DNA of 43,720 bases from a virus: IMG/VR virus record IMGVR_UViG_3300043313_001521; one strand, 5' to 3'. Every line of letters starts with the position of its first letter. Positions within the stretch are counted from its first letter, which is position 1. Of the stretch, positions 39,301-43,720 are shown in pieces. Position numbers and translations under genes: made by a program. The notes under the pieces are model-generated. The model was given only the letters and a program-made list of their open reading frames with translations. It was not told where the DNA came from and made no database searches.

Positions 39301-39521
39301 ATGGGCAGGGTGAGCCCGACGGTCAACGCCCGGCCGGTCGACGCCGCCTTCGTGGCGATGGCGTTGAGCGACTGCGTCCACGTGCGCTCCAGGTTGGCCG
39401 CACCCGCGCCCGCCCCGGCCGCACCACCGGTAGCGCCGGCCAGGGCGGTCTGAAGCTGGCGGGCGACGTCGCCAACGTTGAACCGGACGTCAACGAAAAC
39501 GGTGCCGACTGAAGAGGCCAT
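36366..39521 (-). CDS. Tape measure protein
   Basis: 1051 aa with hydrophobic central segments and a long Ala/Glu/Lys coiled coil. It lies downstream of the tail chaperones. Confidence 0.9.
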   Translation of the reverse strand: MASSVGTVFVDVRFNVGDVARQLQTALAGATGGAAGAGAGAANLERTWTQSLNAIATKAASTGRALTVGLTLPIALIGKAATNAYSEYDQAMTQISAINEVPIATTNQWREEVRELGLTYGIAGEEAAAAMYFITSSGVEAADAMAVLDVAAKGAAIGLGETKVVADVLTSALSAYGKENITAAQAGDQLTTAVRLGKGEADELAGSLSQVIPIAANLGVEFGEVAGAMAAMTLSGTSSDQAATQLRGLFNTLQDMPPIAQRALKQYTGLDYAATRLALKNEGLIPTLKAIYDGFDGQTEAMAEVFGNIRALTGVFNLFGQNTERTMQIVATTMQAQGTLSEAWANTAESDSKKLEKAMNTVHDSMIELGAAAIPIMTTLAEGVGVVGTGFKALPGPLQVATAGFATFAAAVGPTMFIFGKMGQGFLQLGRAVTAVSPGLASLGQSFQLRGMYMDDAIKKNAVLSKTFGSLGTAVASVTGILAAGAVAWAIYQNAMNKAEESARDASQWSQKGASAGLEEAEAQLKKNRVQLDAIGKELDEWQEKWTSPTQAWGAWADVDAMNARADQATALNESSKQIQKNIDLSKQMAAQTGLNAETLYVWITAQETANIHYANAEDAMAAWNKALAENEPETKKLIESSLKASNSLGGLIAKAKTASEAFFGLIEAEDAVEGAEQNLADAHKGVAEAEEKYREAKLKTLEADRKIGDAQRKAVDASNKLREARLALADAERELADARSGPSEDEKLDLESAQLSVQQAQKRMRGKFDDALDRRAANIDLRRAKLELQRTRGAHDERIADAEKGVADAHKTVADAVQAEVDANQAVLDARSARTQASKDEATAYDGIAAAQEGVRDAEYELYKSKVNYASMQDVLNTSISTGAIKGTEFFNMLDALRTQFPLMAPILDEYAKKFGAIFEAAPKPNTNPIPPPPPPGDTSFWTTSRSAPQEQKPWFQRAAGGPLSTGQLSTVNERSMPELWSAGGKQWLLPTTNGQVMPLKPLDVPVTPQGHDGVTIGGDIIVQGAEQPVATAYEVRRQLRTKTRTKGRV

Positions 39522-39916
39522 TACCGGACCACCGACAGCCGGGCGAACTCACGTGGGCTTACCACGGGCGTCTCCTCTGCCTTGTCCCCGGGCCGCGGGA
39601 CACGCGGCGGGTCGGGCAACTTGTATCGGGGAACCCCGGCCATCACGAACGCTTCCAAGCGCATCACGTGGATGGCATCGACGGCCTGAGCGATGAGCTC
39701 GTGCACGGTCGTCCAGCTCTCGCGGTCGTTGCGTTCCCGCACGCAGTCCATCAGCGTCAGCACGTCATCGCTGCGCTGGCTGTAGAGCGTGGTCTGAGCG
39801 ATGCCGGTCTCGACCGACAGCTGGGCGATCAGGCGGCCCCAACTGCCGGACTGGTAGGGACATCCGTCTTGGCGTCCTTGTCGATCGGCTCGACGTTGTG
39901 GACGGTCGCTAGCCAC
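39521..39916 (-). CDS. Tail assembly chaperone, frameshift extension (T part of a G-T product)
   Basis: This ORF is in the -1 frame relative to 39829..40110 and overlaps its last 88 nt. Its end abuts the tape measure start. Confidence 0.55.
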   Translation of the reverse strand: MASDRPQRRADRQGRQDGCPYQSGSWGRLIAQLSVETGIAQTTLYSQRSDDVLTLMDCVRERNDRESWTTVHELIAQAVDAIHVMRLEAFVMAGVPRYKLPDPPRVPRPGDKAEETPVVSPREFARLSVVR

Positions 39917-40110
39917 TTGTCCAGGTCGTCACCGGGACAGCCCAGGTAGTAGAAGACGGCGACGGCGACGGCGGTGACACCGGGGGCGGTCTCTTCGCCG
40001 GGCCAGCGCCGTTCGATCTCCACGAGACCCAAGAAGTTGGAGACGCACTCTTCGGTGTGGCCGTCGACGTACACGACACGGAACTCGCCGATCGGCATGA
40101 ACCCCGCCAT
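39829..40110 (-). CDS. Tail assembly chaperone (G)
   Basis: 93 aa lying between the major tail and tape measure genes, with a start/stop overlap on the major tail gene. Confidence 0.65.
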   Translation of the reverse strand: MAGFMPIGEFRVVYVDGHTEECVSNFLGLVEIERRWPGEETAPGVTAVAVAVFYYLGCPGDDLDKWLATVHNVEPIDKDAKTDVPTSPAVGAA

Positions 40111-40820
40111 CAGCTACGGACCTTCTGCGTCGTGGCGCTGCGCAGCTTCGGGTCGGCCTTCGGGTCGGTCTTGGGCTCGGGGTTCTGGTCGGCATCCCGG
40201 TCGTCGGTCTCGCCGTTGTCGCCGTTGCGGGGCTGACCGTTGGCCGACAGCAACGTGCCGGCCGCATACGCCGGGTCGTTGGTGACCATCTCGAAGGGGG
40301 CGGAGGCGTCGACCGGGGTCAGGATCTGCATCACCACGGGGAAGGTGGTGGCGTCCTCCCGGACCAGCTTCTGCTCGACGCCTTCACGGTTCTGCACGCG
40401 GGGGTACTCCCAGCGGTAGGTGTAGAGCCCGTCGATCATCTCGACCAACATGGCCCGCTCGTCGATGGCGGACGGGTCCGGGGGCGTGTAGCGGAACACG
40501 TCGGTCTCGGCGGCTTCGAGCGCATAAGAGCCGCCGCCCATGGCCAGGATCAACTGGTCCCGGCCCTGCTGCATCATGGCGAACCCGATGGTCTTGGGGG
40601 TACGGGTCGAGATGATGCGCACCGGGTCCGACGACTGCATCGCGTAGATCTCGGTGACCTCACGGCCGTAGGTGGCGGTGATGCCGTCGGTCGTGACGTA
40701 ACCGAGCTCCATCCACGGTGTGGCCGGCTCGATCTCCCACGCCGGGAAGGGGGTGTCGAGTGGCGCCAGGTAGATGTGGGCCATACCCGCTACGCGGATA
40801 TCACCAGAGTCCAAAGCCAT
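40110..40820 (-). CDS. Major tail protein
   Basis: 236 aa, located upstream of the chaperones. Acidic Pro/Asp-rich C-terminal extension. Confidence 0.65.
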   Translation of the reverse strand: MALDSGDIRVAGMAHIYLAPLDTPFPAWEIEPATPWMELGYVTTDGITATYGREVTEIYAMQSSDPVRIISTRTPKTIGFAMMQQGRDQLILAMGGGSYALEAAETDVFRYTPPDPSAIDERAMLVEMIDGLYTYRWEYPRVQNREGVEQKLVREDATTFPVVMQILTPVDASAPFEMVTNDPAYAAGTLLSANGQPRNGDNGETDDRDADQNPEPKTDPKADPKLRSATTQKVRS

Positions 40821-40838
40821 GGGGGCCTCCAGGTGGGG

Positions 40839-41240
40839 CTAAGGGTGGGTGTAGATCGAAGCCAACGCGATCCACCGGGGCTTCGGTGGGGCGTAGCCGT
40901 CATCAGGCAGGTAGGTGAGGTCGCCGAAGTTCACGGCGGTGACGACCCCGATGTCGACGTGGTGGCCGACGAACCGCTCGGCCAGCAGCTCTCGGGTGGT
41001 GTCGATGAGCTGTCGGGCCTGCACCTTGGGGCCGCCGTAGGCGTCGAGCTGGATGAGCGACTCATCGAGGTACAGCGGCCGGGAGAACACGGGGTTGCCG
41101 GCGATCTGGTTGATCTTGAGCAACGGGAAGACGGCCCGGTTGGGGTTCTCCGTGTAGACCCGGTCCTCCACGAGGGCCACGATCTCCGGTTGCGCCCGCA
41201 GCCACCCCGACAGGAGTCGCTCGGTGTCGACAACCCTCAC
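40839..41240 (-). CDS. Tail terminator / tail completion protein
   Basis: 133 aa. Assigned from its position between the HK97 gp10-like gene and the major tail gene. Confidence 0.5.
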   Translation of the reverse strand: MRVVDTERLLSGWLRAQPEIVALVEDRVYTENPNRAVFPLLKINQIAGNPVFSRPLYLDESLIQLDAYGGPKVQARQLIDTTRELLAERFVGHHVDIGVVTAVNFGDLTYLPDDGYAPPKPRWIALASIYTHP

Positions 41241-41605
41241 TCGGCACCTTCACCGGACGACGCCGCCTTCTTGGCGTTGATCCGGCCGTTGAACGCACGG
41301 ATGACCCGACGGAACGGGGCGTAGGTCGGGTTCTTGATGGAGCCGAACTCGATGAGGTGAGCGAACGGGTCCCGGCTGTAGACCCGGAAGCCACCCCGGA
41401 ACGGCCGAGTGTGGAGCGACTTCTTGAACCAGCCGTGCTTGATGGGTCGCCGCCACGGCCAGGACAGGCTGGAGCCGAACGGACCGGCTTCGGCCACGGC
41501 TACCTCGACCGCTTTGGCTGTCTTGGCCAGGCCGGCCTGTGCGCCCGGGTCGGTGACGAAGAACTCTTGGAGAGCCTTGCGGTTGATGACCACCTTGGTG
41601 GCCAT
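41237..41605 (-). CDS. HK97 gp10-family head-tail component
   Basis: Internal Met (MATKVVINRKAL...) in a TGATG overlap. Size and position are typical of the family. Confidence 0.5.
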   Translation of the reverse strand: MATKVVINRKALQEFFVTDPGAQAGLAKTAKAVEVAVAEAGPFGSSLSWPWRRPIKHGWFKKSLHTRPFRGGFRVYSRDPFAHLIEFGSIKNPTYAPFRRVIRAFNGRINAKKAASSGEGAE

Positions 41606-41940
41606 CAGATGCGCCTCAAGGCCGTGGCTTCGATGTGGGTCTCGTAGCCGGTGACCGGGTCGAGCACGACCCACGGGTTGCCGAAGACCTCCAGGGTCAT
41701 GCCGTGCACCGTCACCGAGTCGTTGGCGTCGATGAGAGCGCTCGGGAGCAGGTAGATGCTCCAGCGCTCATGCTCGACCTCATCGGCTTCGCCCCGGGCC
41801 TGCTGCGCCACGTAGCAGCGCTCGGTCGAGTCGGTCACCACGCTGATCGGGTGGTCGCCGTACTCGTCCACGGCTCCGGGGTCGGAGTGGTGGATGACGC
41901 ACGGGACCCGGATCAGTTGGTGGATGGCGTGGTCTCTCAC
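41605..41940 (-). CDS. Head closure / head-tail adaptor protein
   Basis: GTG start in a GTGA overlap. 111 aa, in the usual position after the gp6-like connector. Confidence 0.5.
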   Translation of the reverse strand: MRDHAIHQLIRVPCVIHHSDPGAVDEYGDHPISVVTDSTERCYVAQQARGEADEVEHERWSIYLLPSALIDANDSVTVHGMTLEVFGNPWVVLDPVTGYETHIEATALRRI

Positions 41941-42410
41941 GTGCCGATGGGGAACCAGTCGGCGGCGGGGGTGGCCAGGCCGGGCTCGTTGTCGACCGGG
42001 GCGTAGCCGTAGATGCTGCCGTCCCAACCGAAGCCGGGTTTGAGCATCACCTGCTGCAGCGTCCCCGAGTCGGGGCCACCGCCGGCGAGCTGACCCAACA
42101 GGCTCCGCTCGTCATCGGACAGCCACGCCCCGCCGTAGCGGACCGACACGGCGCCGAGCTGGGTGGCTTCGACACCGGCCGGGTTGTACCAGCCCCGCAG
42201 TGAGGCGATGGCGGTGATGGTGACGGCGATGTCGGGGACCGGACCCAGCGTGACCCCGTCGTCTTCCATGAAGTCGTTGTGCGCCGCCATGCGCACCAGG
42301 GCCGAGGCGTCGATGAGCAACACCTCGGCCCGTGCCCGCTCGCCATCATCTTCGATGGCGTGCCCGATGCGAGCTTCCAGATCTTCGATGGTGGCGAGCG
42401 GTGGGAGCAT
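41937..42410 (-). CDS. gp6-like head-tail connector protein
   Basis: N-terminal ATIEDLEARIG...RAEVLLIDASALV pattern. It lies directly downstream of the major capsid gene. Confidence 0.6.
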   Translation of the reverse strand: MLPPLATIEDLEARIGHAIEDDGERARAEVLLIDASALVRMAAHNDFMEDDGVTLGPVPDIAVTITAIASLRGWYNPAGVEATQLGAVSVRYGGAWLSDDERSLLGQLAGGGPDSGTLQQVMLKPGFGWDGSIYGYAPVDNEPGLATPAADWFPIGT

Positions 42411-43309
42411 CAGACAGCCACCACCCGGATGGCCCGGGCAGCGTCGAGCACCTGGGCGCCGGCGAACGTGTTGACGACGGCCCGGTCCTGCATGAAGGCG
42501 CTGTCGTAGTCACGGATGAAGCGCAGGGCGAGACCCTGGTAGGCGATGGACGAGCCGAAGCTCACGCCGGCCGGGACCTCAGGGGCACGGAGCACGAACA
42601 CGAAGGCGTCCCGGCTCATGATGATGAAGCTGTTGGCCGTCAGCTCGGTCGAGCCGACCACGGGCATGCCGTAGAGCCGGCCGATCTGAGCTTCACGTAG
42701 CGCATCGGTGCTACCGGAGTCCTGGTAGCGCACGAGACGGTTGGCTTCGTCGATGAGCAGCCACATCTCGATCTCCGGGGACACGACGAGCACCCGGCCC
42801 TGCTTGGGGACGTAACGCTTGTCGAGCTCCATGCGAGCTTCGAGGATGGCGCCGTGGATCTCCGAGGCGTTGAGCGCCGGGGTGATCGTGGCCGATGCCG
42901 GGAAGGCGTTGATGACCGCCGCCAGCGTCGCCTCGGCGCCGATGCCCACGGGCTGGGCCAGTGGCTCGATGACCTGACGGGTGAAGTCGGTCAGCTCGAA
43001 GGTGAGATCTTCATCAGTGATCGGCGCACCCTTGTAGAGCATCGGGCCGATGGTGACGGGCACCGTGGCCTCGTTGATGCGGTCCAGGATGATCGGCGTG
43101 GCGGCGTCACGCAGAGTCTGCGTGTACGTCCTGGCCCCGCCACCGGTCACGGTCGGGGGCGTGCGCACGTTGACGACGGTGCCCGACCCGCCGGTGAAGT
43201 CGGCCGAGGCGTCGGTGTTGACCAGACGGGGCAGGACCAGGTCCTGGACGAGCGCCCCGATCATCAGTCGAGAGATGACCTCAGGCGTGTAGAAGACGTT
43301 TGCGGCCAC
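42410..43309 (-). CDS. Major capsid protein
   Basis: 299 aa lying between the scaffold and connector genes. Its size and composition fit an HK97-fold coat protein with a separate scaffold. Confidence 0.75.
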   Translation of the reverse strand: MAANVFYTPEVISRLMIGALVQDLVLPRLVNTDASADFTGGSGTVVNVRTPPTVTGGGARTYTQTLRDAATPIILDRINEATVPVTIGPMLYKGAPITDEDLTFELTDFTRQVIEPLAQPVGIGAEATLAAVINAFPASATITPALNASEIHGAILEARMELDKRYVPKQGRVLVVSPEIEMWLLIDEANRLVRYQDSGSTDALREAQIGRLYGMPVVGSTELTANSFIIMSRDAFVFVLRAPEVPAGVSFGSSIAYQGLALRFIRDYDSAFMQDRAVVNTFAGAQVLDAARAIRVVAV

Positions 43310-43364
43310 GGCTTACCTCCGGTGGGATAGACCGTCGGGCGCCATGGCGGGCTCGACGGGAGTG

Positions 43365-43720
43365 TTACTTGAGCGGTGACTGGCCCCGCCCCATACGGAT
43401 CAGGGACACGGGGTCGAGCGAGTCGAGCTGGTTGCCCGACGGTTTCCCGTTGACCATCCGCTCGGTGGGTCGGCCCGGCATCGAGGGCTTGGCGTCGCCC
43501 ATCGCCGAGAGCAGCTCATCGGCGGCGGCTTCGACCTCGGCCTTGGACGAACCGGTCAGGAACTTGATGAGGTTGGCGGGGACGCCCTTCTCGGCGCCGA
43601 CCGTCTGGATCATCAGCGCCTGCTCGGCGAGCTTGCGGGCCTCGGTCTCTTTGGCCAGCTTCTCGGTGGCCTTCTGGACCTCTGACTTGTTCGCCTCTTC
43701 GGCGTCCTTCGCCGCCTGGG
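43365..43720 (-). CDS. Scaffolding protein, 3' (C-terminal) part. The 5' part lies at 1..265 through the terminal overlap.
   Basis: The frame stays open from 43720 down to the stop at 43365 and is in phase with the ATG at 265 once the 69-nt overlap is collapsed. Confidence 0.7.
   Translation of the reverse strand, partial: QAAKDAEEANKSEVQKATEKLAKETEARKLAEQALMIQTVGAEKGVPANLIKFLTGSSKAEVEAAADELLSAMGDAKPSMPGRPTERMVNGKPSGNQLDSLDPVSLIRMGRGQSPLK
43652..43720. repeat. Terminal direct repeat, copy 2 (identical to 1..69)
   Basis: Exact 69-nt identity with the window start. Confidence 0.95.

Overview
The first 69 nt (1..69) are identical to the last 69 nt (43652..43720). The window is therefore one complete, circularly closed or terminally redundant genome unit of 43,651 bp. 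It is a high-GC, temperate, siphovirus-type actinobacteriophage. Almost every gene is on the minus strand, and most neighbouring genes overlap at start and stop (ATGA, GTGA or TGATG), which suggests translational coupling.

Gene order on the minus strand, starting from a low-GC control region at 5955-6461 that probably holds cos:
- **Packaging and head:** HNH endonuclease, P27-type small terminase, a Dam-like methyltransferase wedged between the terminase subunits, large terminase, portal, MuF-like protein, scaffold (this gene wraps across the window edge) and major capsid.
- **Tail:** head-tail connectors, major tail protein, frameshifted tail chaperones, a 1051-aa tape measure, minor tail proteins, a collagen-like fibre, three tandem paralogous small fibre-associated proteins and a holin-like membrane protein, followed by a strong terminator at 28189-28210.
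- **Early operon 1 (28045 down to 23860):** a SEC-C-motif protein, two small membrane proteins, an HTH protein and a TARG1-like macrodomain.
- **Lysogeny region:** a convergent plus-strand three-gene cassette and a large serine integrase.
- **Early operon 2:** an excisionase-type HTH protein, a PD-(D/E)XK exonuclease, a second HNH, a gp3-like protein, a RuvC-like resolvase, DpdA (7-deazaguanine DNA transglycosylase), a DnaB-N-like protein, a DUF3987 helicase, a plus-strand membrane-protein moron and an M23 peptidase.

The most unusual part is a ~1.45-kb gene-free locus (7208-8655) enclosed by two convergent terminators. It contains a stop-free array of short repeats all in one orientation, an 18-nt direct repeat, a run of long hairpins, and G5/C5 tandem repeats. 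Other leads:
- a DpdA with no preQ0 biosynthesis genes, coupled to a Cys4 protein;
- a macrodomain that seems to lack the TARG1 catalytic residues;
- an 80-bp inverted repeat next to the helicase gene;
- a lysogeny cassette with no recognisable canonical repressor.

All family assignments come from motifs read by eye. No database search or computation was possible.
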